This document shows positions 24,233 through 33,822 of a stretch of DNA of 43,158 bases, one piece after another (the stretch's first letter is position 1; each line of letters opens with the position of its first letter). This DNA comes from Actinomycetota bacterium. GTDB lineage: Bacteria; Actinomycetota; Acidimicrobiia; Acidimicrobiales; Ilumatobacteraceae. The position numbers and the translations under genes are program-made. The stretch lies in contig JAPKZR010000288.1 of the NCBI GenBank assembly GCA_026393695.1, forward strand, positions 1-43,158, in the 5' to 3' direction. The notes under the pieces were generated by a model. The model had not been told where the DNA came from. It worked only from the letters and a program-made list of their open reading frames with translations, and did no database searches.

Positions 24233-27200
24233 TCAGTTCCTGACTGTGACGGTGGCTGTAGCGCTGCCGCCACGGGAAGCCACCACGTTAATCGCAGTGT
24301 TCACCGGGATTGATGGATTGATGACCTGCAAGATCCACGCACCAGTTGCATCGACTGCCACCGTGCCAACCAAGGTTCCCGAGCCCACCACGTTGCCGGT
24401 GCGAATGGTCACGATGTTGGCACCGGGGAAGCTTGCCGTGCCGGCGGCACGCCATTCGGCTTTGCTGATGCGGTACTGAGGCGTTGCTACGGTAATCGTG
24501 ACGGAGCCCGGCAGAGCAGTGACTGTGACGGTGGCTGTCGAAGTTCGTGCCTGATTGGTGACCGTAACTCTGAAGGTAAGCGTCTGGAACAGCGCTGGCA
24601 TGGTGAACGAAGGCCGAGCGGTCGTTGCGCCGGTGAGTACAACCGTTGGGCCGGTGAGCTGCGTCCAAGCGAAGCTCGCAGCGTTGGTTGAGGCCGAAGC
24701 GTTGAGGGTGACCAAGCTCGATTGAGCGGCGCTCACTGGCGTGGTGACCACGGCGGTGGGCGTCGCTGCTGCCGCCACCGTAAAGGCCTTGCCAGCTCCG
24801 GTGCCGTTTGGCGAAATGATGGTCACGGTGCCGGTCGTTGCGCCAACGGGCACGGTTGCCGTGATCGTGGTGCTGTTCACCACAGTGGCTGGTGTCGTTG
24901 TTCCATTGAAGCTCACCTGGGTGGCACCCAGGAATCCGGTGCCGGTGATGGTGACCACGGTGCCGACCGACGAACTCGTTGGGTTGATTGACGTGATTGC
25001 CGCAGGGGCCGGAGGTGGTGGAGGCGGCACGGTAACGGTGAGCTGCGTGGCGGCAACAACAGTTCCATTTGGCGTGATCACGCTGACGTTGACCGGACCG
25101 GCGGTGGCCGCGAGCGGAATGTTGGTGGTGATCTGCGTACCGGCTGGGTTGACGCTGACGGCAGCGGAAAGTCCGCCGAACGAGACCGCAGTCGCACCGG
25201 AGAAGTTGGTGCCGTTGATGGTGACGACGCTTCCGATGTCGCCCGTTGCTGGGGTGAAGCCGGTGATGGTCGGGGCCAACGGGTTGGTGATAACCGTGAA
25301 CTGCGCAACCGACGTGAGGTTGCCGCTGGGCAAGGTGACCACGATTGAGCCTGCGCCAACGGTTGCGCCAACTGGCACCAACACGTCGAGGCGGGTGGCG
25401 CTAATCACGCTGAACATCGCTGCTGTGCCGTTGACCGTTACTGCAGTAGCGGTGTCGAGGCCGAGGCCGCCGACATGCACCATCGCACCCACCTGTCCCG
25501 ATGAGGGATCAAATCCCAGCAACGTCGGGCTTGGCTCGGTGAGTGATGGGGTGGGGGTGATGCCTTGCGATACCGCTGCTGCGGTTGGCAAGGCGAGCAC
25601 TGAGGCATCGCCTGCGAACGCCGTGGCCGTGTCGTTGGGGATGTAGCTCAGGATGCGGTCTTGGGCGTTCGAGAGCTGAGCGCTGGTGAACATAGGGTCG
25701 TTGTAGCGGTTGCTTGGCACGGCGCCACCGGGGGCGATTGCGCCAGCAGCCTGGGTGCGAGGATCGAGCTCTGAGTATGGGAACGGAATGAGCGGCTGCG
25801 GTGTTGATTCGCACACCCCGCCCGTTGCCTGACAGCCGCCAGGGCTGAGGCGGCGGTCAAGGTTCCACGGGATTCCTTCGAACGAGAACGGTGCGTTGGC
25901 TAAGTCGAGATTGAACTCAAGGCCTTCGGGGAACGAGATTCCACCAAGGTTTGCGCCGAATGGAAACAGGTACTGGCCGTTGGTGGACTCAGTGCCCTTG
26001 ATGTCGATCGACTTCAACGAGTTGGTCGTGTCGGTCACCTTCTTGCGGGTACGGAAGTGGATTTCGTGCGGGACTGGGCTCAAGATGGCGAACTCTTGGG
26101 CGGCCATGTTGGCTGGGTCTGGGCAGGCGTTTGCAAAGAGTGGGTCGGCCCTGAGCTGGAGGCACGGCGAGAGCTTGGCTGCAGTTGGCTGCTTGACGAA
26201 GTCTGAGTCATAGCGGATCTTGAACAGGCCGGCTCCGAAGCCAACACACGTGCCGATGCCACCTGCGGTCTCGCACCCTTGGGTTGATGCCAGCGGCATT
26301 TCGTGGGCCTTGTTTTGCACGGGATCGTAGTGCACGCTCCAGCCGAGCACGTCGGGTGTGGGCAGCGTGGCGAAGCCGATAAACAAGCCGCGAACTCGCT
26401 GGTTCTGGAAACCCGCAACGTCGATTCCTGCCTCGTTGATGAACATGTAGTCGGGCTGGCCGGCGCTGGCAGAAGTCTGCAGACCATACGAGATGCTCGA
26501 CCGGAATGCTGAGAGGAAGTGGACGCCGCCGATGGTCTCGTAGTTTCCGCCGACAGTGATTGAGTCGCCCAGCATGATGGGCGCCATACGACGTGAGTCG
26601 GCAGCAATGCGCAAGGGGAGTCCCGATGGGCTCACCCGGTTGGTGGTTGGGCAGAACTGGTCGCCTGCGCCGGTTGTTGCGTTGGCGCCAGCGTTGGTGA
26701 GCAGACCGGTGATGACCGGTGTAGTGGCGCGGCCCGTGGTCACGGTGCTGGGGATGCACAGCGGGTAACCAGAAGTGAAGGCGTTGGTGTAGTTGTCGGT
26801 GTCGAGACCGAAGCGAGGGTCGGCGCTGCAGTTTGAAGATCCTGCGGCACAGCCGGGACCGCTCTGCAGCGTGTGCCGCGAGGTTGGGTCGTTGAGACGA
26901 ACTATGGTGCCGGTCGTTGGGTCGCCTTGACGGCCGTTGATGATGAACCAACCGCCGTTGTAATCGATGTAGGTGACGTTGCCTTGGACCAGTTCGGCAC
27001 CCTTTTCGATCAAGGCGTCGCCCACGATGATGTCGCCAGTCGAGACTCGGTTGGCCGAAAGTGATGCGGTGCCGCCCACTCCGGTGTGGTTACAACGATC
27101 GGTCTTGGCGAGACCCGTTTCGTGATTGGTGATGCACTCGGCTGGGGCTTGTGCGAACAGTTGCTGCAAGGTAAGGCGGTTCGCTGGAAGATCCAAGAGC

Positions 27201-27433
27201 AGGTTTCGAGGAATGATCACGTTCTGACCACCGACCACCATTTGGCCGCCGGCGTATACGTCGCCTGGAGCGTTGAGGGTGATGCGTTCGATCTCGCCGC
27301 TGATGCTTCCTGCGAGAGCGACGGCGTGAGCTGGGGCGGCCGCAAGAGGGAGGCCCGTCGCGAGGACTGCGAGAGTCACGATGGCTTTGCGCAGTGTTCG
27401 GCGCGGCTTCAGAGTGTTCATTGGTCTGCTCAT
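24233..27433 (-). CDS. Giant secreted protein 2 (paralogue of 20048..23290)
   Basis: Signal peptide ...RRTLRKAIVTLAVLATGLPLAAAPAHA. It is collinear with protein 1 throughout, and the 12 N-domain cysteines are at matching positions. It has three IPT/TIG units, a PPPPPPAPA linker, and PKD-like and terminal Ig-like domains. Start is ATG 27433, or alternatively 27421. Confidence 0.85.
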   Translation of the reverse strand: MSRPMNTLKPRRTLRKAIVTLAVLATGLPLAAAPAHAVALAGSISGEIERITLNAPGDVYAGGQMVVGGQNVIIPRNLLLDLPANRLTLQQLFAQAPAECITNHETGLAKTDRCNHTGVGGTASLSANRVSTGDIIVGDALIEKGAELVQGNVTYIDYNGGWFIINGRQGDPTTGTIVRLNDPTSRHTLQSGPGCAAGSSNCSADPRFGLDTDNYTNAFTSGYPLCIPSTVTTGRATTPVITGLLTNAGANATTGAGDQFCPTTNRVSPSGLPLRIAADSRRMAPIMLGDSITVGGNYETIGGVHFLSAFRSSISYGLQTSASAGQPDYMFINEAGIDVAGFQNQRVRGLFIGFATLPTPDVLGWSVHYDPVQNKAHEMPLASTQGCETAGGIGTCVGFGAGLFKIRYDSDFVKQPTAAKLSPCLQLRADPLFANACPDPANMAAQEFAILSPVPHEIHFRTRKKVTDTTNSLKSIDIKGTESTNGQYLFPFGANLGGISFPEGLEFNLDLANAPFSFEGIPWNLDRRLSPGGCQATGGVCESTPQPLIPFPYSELDPRTQAAGAIAPGGAVPSNRYNDPMFTSAQLSNAQDRILSYIPNDTATAFAGDASVLALPTAAAVSQGITPTPSLTEPSPTLLGFDPSSGQVGAMVHVGGLGLDTATAVTVNGTAAMFSVISATRLDVLVPVGATVGAGSIVVTLPSGNLTSVAQFTVITNPLAPTITGFTPATGDIGSVVTINGTNFSGATAVSFGGLSAAVSVNPAGTQITTNIPLAATAGPVNVSVITPNGTVVAATQLTVTVPPPPPPAPAAITSINPTSSSVGTVVTITGTGFLGATQVSFNGTTTPATVVNSTTITATVPVGATTGTVTIISPNGTGAGKAFTVAAAATPTAVVTTPVSAAQSSLVTLNASASTNAASFAWTQLTGPTVVLTGATTARPSFTMPALFQTLTFRVTVTNQARTSTATVTVTALPGSVTITVATPQYRISKAEWRAAGTASFPGANIVTIRTGNVVGSGTLVGTVAVDATGAWILQVINPSIPVNTAINVVASRGGSATATVTVRN

Positions 27434-27738
27434 TTCGATTTCGGGTGCCTGGTAGCAATCGGCAAGCGAAGTCCGGGGGCTTTGGTCGGGACTTCGCGTG
27501 CAATGGCCATTAGGCATTGGCGCCGGGGGTACAGACAAGAGGCCAATCGTCGTAGGTCTTTTTGATCCCGGGGGTACGCGGCGCGTGCCCCTAATCGGCC
27601 TGTCGGTGCGGACCGTTTCGCGCAACCCCTTGATCTGTAAGGCTTTCCGGATGGCATCCGCTGAGATGAGGTCGTACGACCGATGGTCAATTGGTCGATG
27701 CCCCAGCGATTTGGACGGCGACCGTGCTAGTACCTAGC

Positions 27739-27749
27739 CAAAATGGTGT
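27739..27749 (-). promoter_or_regulatory. Shared leader motif ACACCATTTTG (minus strand), copy upstream of giant gene 2
   Basis: Identical 11-mer to 23710-23720, about 305 nt upstream of ATG 27433. Confidence 0.4.
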
Positions 27750-27824
27750 GCGGCATATTGCCGATGGGGGATTGGCGCACTGAGCAGGTATCTTTGCTAC
27801 GACCCGATCTGAAGGATTAGTGCT

Positions 27825-28142
27825 ATGGCTATCGCCCCGAAGCTCACACCGCTGCAGGAAATGGAAGCTCGTCGCAACGCAACCGCTGGCGACAAGCCCA
27901 AGCGTGCGATCTCCGAAGAGGAGAAAGCCACACGCAAAGACCGCGTGGTCAAGGCCAAAGATGCGCTTGCTCGCTCGGTGGGCACCAAGGGCGATCAGGT
28001 CGCTCCAGCCCGTGCCGCGCTCAAGGTCTACTTGCAGAAGCTCAACGAGCCCAAGCAGCCCGACGATGCCGCGTTCGAGGCGCTCATTGAGGCCCCGTTC
28101 AAGGCTCCACCAAAGAAGAAGACCAACGACCGTCGTTTCTAG
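27825..28142 (+). CDS. Small (105 aa) lysine/alanine-rich charged protein, unknown function
   Basis: GAAGGA at 27811-27816 precedes ATG 27825. Composition is biased (K, A, E, P), with a KKKTNDRRF tail. No family recognised. Confidence 0.55.
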   Translation: MAIAPKLTPLQEMEARRNATAGDKPKRAISEEEKATRKDRVVKAKDALARSVGTKGDQVAPARAALKVYLQKLNEPKQPDDAAFEALIEAPFKAPPKKKTNDRRF

Positions 28143-28153
28143 ACGGAGTTCCG

Positions 28154-29170
28154 ATGGTTCGGCATTTTCACGAACTCTCGGCACAATCTCAGGTCCGACG
28201 GCTTCGCGCCGTTGCTCTTCACGCACTTCGTAGTTACCCCATCGACGTTGCGCGCCTTCGCCTGATCTACCACGGCTACAACACAACGTTTCGAGTCGAT
28301 ACCACCGACGGTCGTCGCTATGCGCTTCGGCTCAATGTCAGCGGTAACCGTTCGTTTGCCAATGTGGCTGGGGAAATTTCGTGGCTCACTGCGTTGGCGC
28401 GTGACACCGACCTGATGCTGCCAGTTCCGCAAGCCACCGTGACCGGCGATCTCTGTACACGTGTGTTCGCAGCCGACCTCGGCCGCGAGTTGCCTGCGGT
28501 GTTGTTCAGTTGGCTGCCGGGTCCCGATCTTGAGGACTCCACCACGGTGCCGCGGATGATTGCGGTTGGTCGTGCTGCCGCCGCGTTGCACGCCCACGGC
28601 GAGCAGTGGGTGCTGCCCAGTTACGCAGAGTTACCTGATGTCGATTCGGTGCTGATGAGCACGGTGAACAATCTCAGTAGCGAGCATCCGCTGATTGGGC
28701 CTGGTGAGCGCGGCGTCATCGATGCAGCGCTTGCTCATACGCAGTCGCAATTCGAGTCACTCGTGCACAATTCGCGGCGTCATGTTCTTCACGCCGATCT
28801 GCATCCGGCCAACCTCAAATGGAACCGGGGTCGCCTCGCAGTGTTCGACTTCGACGACTGCGGGTTTGGTGTGCCGGCCCTAGACCTGGCGATTGCGGCG
28901 TATTACCTGCGCGACGAAGACGAACTCGAGGCGGCGTTACTCGAGGGCTATCAACAGGTTCGCGAGTTGCCGCCGTTCACCGCCGATCAGTACGAAGCGA
29001 TGCTGGCAGCGCGCAACTTGGTGCTACTCAACGATGTGACTGCCAGTACCAACGCCGAGTTTCGAGATCTGCTGCCGCGGTATCTCGCGAACACCGTGAC
29101 CAAGTTGCGGCGCTATCTCGATGTTGGCGTGTATCGCCATGAGGTGCCCGGGCTGATCGCGGCCGACTAG
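28154..29170 (+). CDS. Phosphotransferase enzyme family (APH / choline-kinase-like) protein
   Basis: HADLHPANLKWNRGRLAVFDFDDCGFG carries the Brenner HxDxxxxN motif plus the DFD metal-binding motif. Confidence 0.88.
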   Translation: MVRHFHELSAQSQVRRLRAVALHALRSYPIDVARLRLIYHGYNTTFRVDTTDGRRYALRLNVSGNRSFANVAGEISWLTALARDTDLMLPVPQATVTGDLCTRVFAADLGRELPAVLFSWLPGPDLEDSTTVPRMIAVGRAAAALHAHGEQWVLPSYAELPDVDSVLMSTVNNLSSEHPLIGPGERGVIDAALAHTQSQFESLVHNSRRHVLHADLHPANLKWNRGRLAVFDFDDCGFGVPALDLAIAAYYLRDEDELEAALLEGYQQVRELPPFTADQYEAMLAARNLVLLNDVTASTNAEFRDLLPRYLANTVTKLRRYLDVGVYRHEVPGLIAAD

Positions 29171-29186
29171 ATGTACCCGGCCGAGA

Positions 29187-29762
29187 TCAGTGCGTGTCGG
29201 TGATCTCAATCGCGTGAATCGCGATCTGGGTGGTGTTCGATGGGCTGATGCCCTGAGGCAGCTCGCTTGGATTCAGGCGTACGTGGTTGGCCGTGGTGCA
29301 CAGTGCGTCGTAGGCATCGTGGTCGGCTTGTGTGGCGAACGTGAAGCGCCAACGTCGTGCTTGTTGTGTAATCAGGATCTTTTCATCGTCGTCGGGCTCA
29401 AGGCCGGTGGCCGCAAACACGCGGCAGTCGTAGGTGCGGCAGGTGCGCGGGCGATGGTCGTAGATCGAGCAGCGATTGTCGATCAACATTGGGCATTGGC
29501 CGCGTTCGTTGTAACCCATGAGCACGTGTCCGCGTGGCAGACGCGGAGCGGGAAACAGCAGCGCCGAGGGGATATGCGTCAACGCATCGGTTTCATCGGG
29601 CCCAATGTGGATGAACTGCGATGCGGTGCAACACGCTGTGCACGAGCCGCACGGAACTTCTGAGGGGTTGTCGCCGCGAATCGCGCCACGAATTTCGACC
29701 AACCATGACGCGAAATCACCCGCATCCAATGGGGCCTCGGGCGTGGGGTCTCGGTCAGTCAT
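29187..29762 (-). CDS. YkgJ-family cysteine-cluster (UPF0153) protein
   Basis: CGSCTACC ... CPML...C...C..YDC is the Cys pattern characteristic of this Zn/Fe-chelating domain. Confidence 0.8.
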   Translation of the reverse strand: MTDRDPTPEAPLDAGDFASWLVEIRGAIRGDNPSEVPCGSCTACCTASQFIHIGPDETDALTHIPSALLFPAPRLPRGHVLMGYNERGQCPMLIDNRCSIYDHRPRTCRTYDCRVFAATGLEPDDDEKILITQQARRWRFTFATQADHDAYDALCTTANHVRLNPSELPQGISPSNTTQIAIHAIEITDTH

Positions 29763-29787
29763 CGCCCGATCAGATTACGCTGCGGGC

Positions 29788-30168
29788 ATGCATGACGTCT
29801 CGGCTGAACGAGTATTTCGGGTCACCGTGAGGGGTCGGTTTCTCGACCTCACCGCAAAGGCGCGCAGCTATCTCATGGGCAGTGTCGACGAGCACGACAT
29901 CATGAAGTCGGGCTACACCGCCGAAGGCACGTTTACCTATGACAAGCGCATCGACTTCTTCAACTTTCGCTACGAGGTTCGCGTTGGCGGCGACGACCCA
30001 GAGACAGCGGCCCATGTGCACGGTCTCGCTGAGACAGAGGGTTTTCTGAACACGATGGGATTCGGCTTTCGAGATCTCAAAGTGACCCTGGTCGATATGT
30101 CGGCGATGTGGGCTGATCAGCGTCTTGGCGGTCGCAGCTCAACACCGACTGACAATTCGCTCCTTTAG
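29788..30168 (+). CDS. Hypothetical protein (possibly DUF6204-like)
   Basis: MHDVSAERVFRVTVRGRFLDLT... The start is set after the divergent YkgJ gene. The family guess comes from the FRVTVRGRF-type N-terminus only. Confidence 0.55.
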   Translation: MHDVSAERVFRVTVRGRFLDLTAKARSYLMGSVDEHDIMKSGYTAEGTFTYDKRIDFFNFRYEVRVGGDDPETAAHVHGLAETEGFLNTMGFGFRDLKVTLVDMSAMWADQRLGGRSSTPTDNSLL

Positions 30169-30192
30169 TTACCGGTTGACTATTGTCATCAC

Positions 30193-30963
30193 GTGCGAAC
30201 AAAACGACGTCTCCTCGTTTTGCTCGTAGCGATTTTTGGACCGCTTGTTGCCTCGTGCGGCGGCGCGTCAGATGGTGGAGCCAAGGGCTCGGGTGGCATC
30301 GTGGTGTTTGCGGCGTCGTCGCTGACCGAAGCGTTTACTGAGGTGGCAGCTGCATTCAACGTGATCAATCCCGATGCGAAAGTCACGTTCAACTTTGCCG
30401 GCTCAGGCGATCTGGTGACCCAGATCAGTCAGGGGGCACCCGCTGATGTGTTTGTTTCGGCCGACGATTCGAATATGAAGAAGCTCACCGATGCAGGCGA
30501 AGTTGCCGGTGACCCAGTGGCGATTGCGAAGAACACCTTTGAGATCATCGTCGAGAAAGGCAATCCGCAAGGCATCGCTGGCGTGGCCGATCTGGCCAAG
30601 CCCGAACTGTTGGTCGTGCTGTGCGCAGAGACCGTGCCGTGCGGCAACGGTGCAGCGAAGATCCTGAAGAACTCGAACGTAACAGTGACGCCGAAGAGTC
30701 TTGAGGACAAGGTAAAAGGCGTGGTCGCCAAGGTGACCACCGGCGAAGCCGATGCAGGCATCGTGTTCGTCACCGATGTCAAGGCTGCGGGCGACAAGGC
30801 TGCGGGCGTAGAGATTCCGGTCGATGTCAATGTGGTCACCAACTATCCTGTGGCGATCACCAAGCAAGCTGCCAACGCTGCGCTGGCTCAGAGGTTTATT
30901 GACTTCGTGAGTGGCTCGCAGGGTCAGACGATTTTGGCGAAGTACGGGTTTCTCGCACCATGA
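30193..30963 (+). CDS. modA: Molybdate ABC transporter substrate-binding lipoprotein
   Basis: Lipobox LVASC, plus VFAASSLTEAF...FAGSGDLVTQI..GAPADVFVSAD, which are ModA hallmarks. GTG start. Confidence 0.92.
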   Translation: MRTKRRLLVLLVAIFGPLVASCGGASDGGAKGSGGIVVFAASSLTEAFTEVAAAFNVINPDAKVTFNFAGSGDLVTQISQGAPADVFVSADDSNMKKLTDAGEVAGDPVAIAKNTFEIIVEKGNPQGIAGVADLAKPELLVVLCAETVPCGNGAAKILKNSNVTVTPKSLEDKVKGVVAKVTTGEADAGIVFVTDVKAAGDKAAGVEIPVDVNVVTNYPVAITKQAANAALAQRFIDFVSGSQGQTILAKYGFLAP

Positions 30964-31796
30964 TTCGCAGGCGGCGACGGTCGACGACGCGTTCTGGCGT
31001 GCCAGCGTGGGTCGTGGCGTTGGCCGCCATTGCTGTGCTGTTCTTCGCCCTGCCCGTGGTTGGTTTGGTGTGGCGGGCCCCGTGGTCGCATGCGTGGGCA
31101 TACCTCACCGAAGACAGTGCGCTCACCGCGCTGCGGCTCTCGATGGTCTGTTCGTTGTGGGCCACGTTGCTCTCAATCATCTTCGGTGTTCCGCTTGCGT
31201 GGCTGCTGGCGCGGGTTCAGTTCGTTGGCCGCAGCGCAGTACGCGCACTGTGCATGATGTCGATGGTGTTGCCACCGGTGGTCGGCGGTGTTGCCCTGTT
31301 TTTCGCTCTTGGCCGACGCGGCATTGTTGGGCAGTATCTCGATCGCTGGTTCGACCTGCGCCTGCCGTTCACCACAGCAGGTGTGGTCATCGCTCAGACG
31401 TTTGTTGCCATGCCATTTTTGGTGGTCACCGTTGAGGCCGCCTTGCGTCAACTCGACACCTCATTCGAAGACGCCGCGCGCACACTCGGTGCCTCGCGTT
31501 GGTACACGTTTCGACGGGTCACCCTGCCCGCAATCGGGCCTGCACTGGCCGCCGGATCAGCCCTGGCGTGGGCGCGTGCGCTCGGTGAGTTCGGCGCCAC
31601 CATCACCTTTGCCGGCAACTTTCCCGGCACCACCCAGACGATGCCGTTGGCGGTGTACCTCGCTCTTGAGACCAACCCAGAGCAGGCAATCGTGTTGGCA
31701 TTGGTGATGATCGCAATCTCGTTCGCGGTGCTTGTTGCGCTGCGAGATCGCTGGTTCATCCGGGCCGGTAATGAGTCGACGAGAGTGCAACCATGA
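30960..31796 (+). CDS. modB: Molybdate ABC transporter permease
   Basis: Multi-TM protein with an EAA-type loop (AARTLGASRWYTFRRVTLP). ATGA overlap with modA. Confidence 0.92.
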   Translation: MIRRRRRSTTRSGVPAWVVALAAIAVLFFALPVVGLVWRAPWSHAWAYLTEDSALTALRLSMVCSLWATLLSIIFGVPLAWLLARVQFVGRSAVRALCMMSMVLPPVVGGVALFFALGRRGIVGQYLDRWFDLRLPFTTAGVVIAQTFVAMPFLVVTVEAALRQLDTSFEDAARTLGASRWYTFRRVTLPAIGPALAAGSALAWARALGEFGATITFAGNFPGTTQTMPLAVYLALETNPEQAIVLALVMIAISFAVLVALRDRWFIRAGNESTRVQP

Positions 31797-32848
31797 GCCT
31801 GCGCGCCGACGTGCAACTGCGCCGCGGAGCGCTCGACCTGAGCGTCGACATCGAGGTGCGGCCCGGCGAGGTGCTGGCGCTGCTCGGTCCGAACGGTGCG
31901 GGCAAGAGCACGCTGTTGCGTTGCCTCGCTGGTCTCGCCGCAGTCGACGCTGGGCGAATCATGATCGACTCGAACGCGGTCGACGACCCTGCGGTTGCGG
32001 CGTTCGTTGAGCCAGAAGGTCGCTCGGTCGGGTTCGTGTTTCAGAACTACGTGTTGTTCGAACACATGACAATTGTCGAGAACGTTGCGTTCGGGTTGCG
32101 TGCAAGCGGCACGCCGAAAGCGCGCGCGCTCGCCACCGCCCACGACTGGCTCAAGCGCGTGGGCCTCGCCGAACTCGCGGCCGTTCGTCCCAAGGCGCTG
32201 TCCGGCGGCCAAGCGCAACGAGTTGCCCTGGTGCGCGCGCTGGCGACCTCGCCGCGCGTACTCCTGCTTGACGAACCGCTCGCCGCGCTCGACGTGGGCA
32301 CGCGCGCCACCGTGCGCCGCGATCTCCATCGGCACCTCGAGTCGTTCGAGGGGATGGCGATCCTTGTCACCCACGATCCTGTCGATGCGTATGCGCTTGC
32401 CGATCGTGTCGCCATTCTCGATGCAGGTCGCATCGTGCAGATCGGCACGCTCGCCGAAGTGACCGCACGTCCGCGTTCGCGTTACGTGGCCGATCTCGTC
32501 GGCGTGAACCTGGTTTCAGGCAACGTGTCCGAAGGCGTGCTTGCAACGAGCAGCGGAGCGCGCGTGGTCATCGCCGATGCACCAGCCGGGCCGTCGCTGG
32601 CGATTATCCGTCCGCATTCGATCTCGCTCGTTCGGGATCACCCTGAGGGCTCAAGCGCGCGCAACGTATGGGCCGGCACCGTCGCAGAGATCGACCGACT
32701 CGGTGAGCGTGCTCGCGTCAGCATCGACGGATTGTTGCCACTGACTGCAGAGATCACCGTGGCAGCGCTCGAGGCGATGCAACTACGATCGGGCGACGAC
32801 CTGTTTGCAACGGTGAAAGCCACCGACATCGAGGTGTATCCGGCATGA
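31793..32848 (+). CDS. modC: Molybdate ABC transporter ATP-binding protein with C-terminal TOBE/Mop-like domain
   Basis: GPNGAGKST (Walker A), LSGGQAQRVAL (signature) and LLLDEP (Walker B). ATGA overlap with modB. Confidence 0.9.
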   Translation: MSLRADVQLRRGALDLSVDIEVRPGEVLALLGPNGAGKSTLLRCLAGLAAVDAGRIMIDSNAVDDPAVAAFVEPEGRSVGFVFQNYVLFEHMTIVENVAFGLRASGTPKARALATAHDWLKRVGLAELAAVRPKALSGGQAQRVALVRALATSPRVLLLDEPLAALDVGTRATVRRDLHRHLESFEGMAILVTHDPVDAYALADRVAILDAGRIVQIGTLAEVTARPRSRYVADLVGVNLVSGNVSEGVLATSSGARVVIADAPAGPSLAIIRPHSISLVRDHPEGSSARNVWAGTVAEIDRLGERARVSIDGLLPLTAEITVAALEAMQLRSGDDLFATVKATDIEVYPA

Positions 32849-32890
32849 GCCGAACCAAGAACCACACAGCAACTACAGCAAGGAATCACC

Positions 32891-33295
32891 ATGCCTGAGA
32901 TCGAACGCACCGACGCCGAGTGGCGGGCAACGCTGACCCCCGATCAGTACCAGGTGCTGCGTAATGCAGGCACCGAACGCGCATGGACTGGCAAGTACGT
33001 AGACGAACACGCCGATGGCACCTACCGCTGCGCCGGTTGCGCTGCCGAGCTCTTCGATTCGTCGACGAAGTATGAGTCGGGTAGCGGCTGGCCGAGTTTC
33101 TACACCGCCAAGGCCGACGATGCAGTAGAGCTCATCGACGACAGCAGCCATGGCATGGTGCGCACCGAGGTTCGGTGTCGGCGTTGCGGCTCGCACCTTG
33201 GGCATCTGTTTCCCGATGGTCCGCAGCCCACCGGCCAGCGCTATTGCATGAACAGCTTGGCGCTCGACCTCGTGGCCGATGAACCCGAGGGCTGA
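32891..33295 (+). CDS. msrB: Peptide-methionine (R)-S-oxide reductase
   Basis: YRCAGC...GSGWPSF...[21 protein letters not shown] is the complete MsrB signature. AAGGAA lies upstream. Confidence 0.95.
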   Translation: MPEIERTDAEWRATLTPDQYQVLRNAGTERAWTGKYVDEHADGTYRCAGCAAELFDSSTKYESGSGWPSFYTAKADDAVELIDDSSHGMVRTEVRCRRCGSHLGHLFPDGPQPTGQRYCMNSLALDLVADEPEG

Positions 33296-33815
33296 GCACG
33301 ATCTCTTGCTTGGTGAATGGGCATGCCTCGGCATTTTGTACGCGGCTCCCACCCACGGTTTCGCTATTGCGGCTCGGCTCAAGCCCGATGGCGATGTTGG
33401 CCGAGTGTGGTCACTCTCGCGTGCGCTGACCTATCGATCGTTGGCGCAACTCGTTGAGCGGGGCTACGCGAGCGAGGTCGGTGAAGAACCGGGGCTCGCT
33501 GGTGGCAACCGCACGATTCTGGCGGCCACGCGAACTGGTCGGGCGCAACTCCGTAAATGGTTGAACGCTCCGGTGTCGCATCTGCGCGACCTGCGCAGTG
33601 AACTGTTGCTCAAGATCGTCATCGCTGAGTTCTGTGGCATCGACATCAGACCGATGTTGCTGCTGCAGCGCGATCACATTGAGCGCATGGCCACTGCGCT
33701 CAATGTGTCGGCCACCGGTGCAGCGAGCGACGATGTGGTGGCCCTGTGGCGAGTCGAAGCGTCGACCGCAGCATTTCGGTTTCTCGAACGACTGCTTGTG
33801 GACGCTGTCGACTGA
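33279..33815 (+). CDS. PadR-family transcriptional regulator
   Basis: [26 protein letters not shown]...[20 protein letters not shown] is a PadR wHTH. It overlaps the msrB 3' end by 17 nt. Confidence 0.8.
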   Translation: MNPRAEHDLLLGEWACLGILYAAPTHGFAIAARLKPDGDVGRVWSLSRALTYRSLAQLVERGYASEVGEEPGLAGGNRTILAATRTGRAQLRKWLNAPVSHLRDLRSELLLKIVIAEFCGIDIRPMLLLQRDHIERMATALNVSATGAASDDVVALWRVEASTAAFRFLERLLVDAVD

Positions 33816-33822
33816 TCGAGAG

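Noticed and set aside
24741-25646. 301-aa plus-strand ORF (and several others) antisense to the giant genes
   Set aside because: It is a Val/Thr/Ala/Pro-rich mirror of the IPT/TIG repeat coding strand. The minus-strand frame has a signal peptide and domain logic.
31448-32374. 308-aa ORF antisense to modB/modC
   Set aside because: It overlaps Walker A/B-bearing modC.
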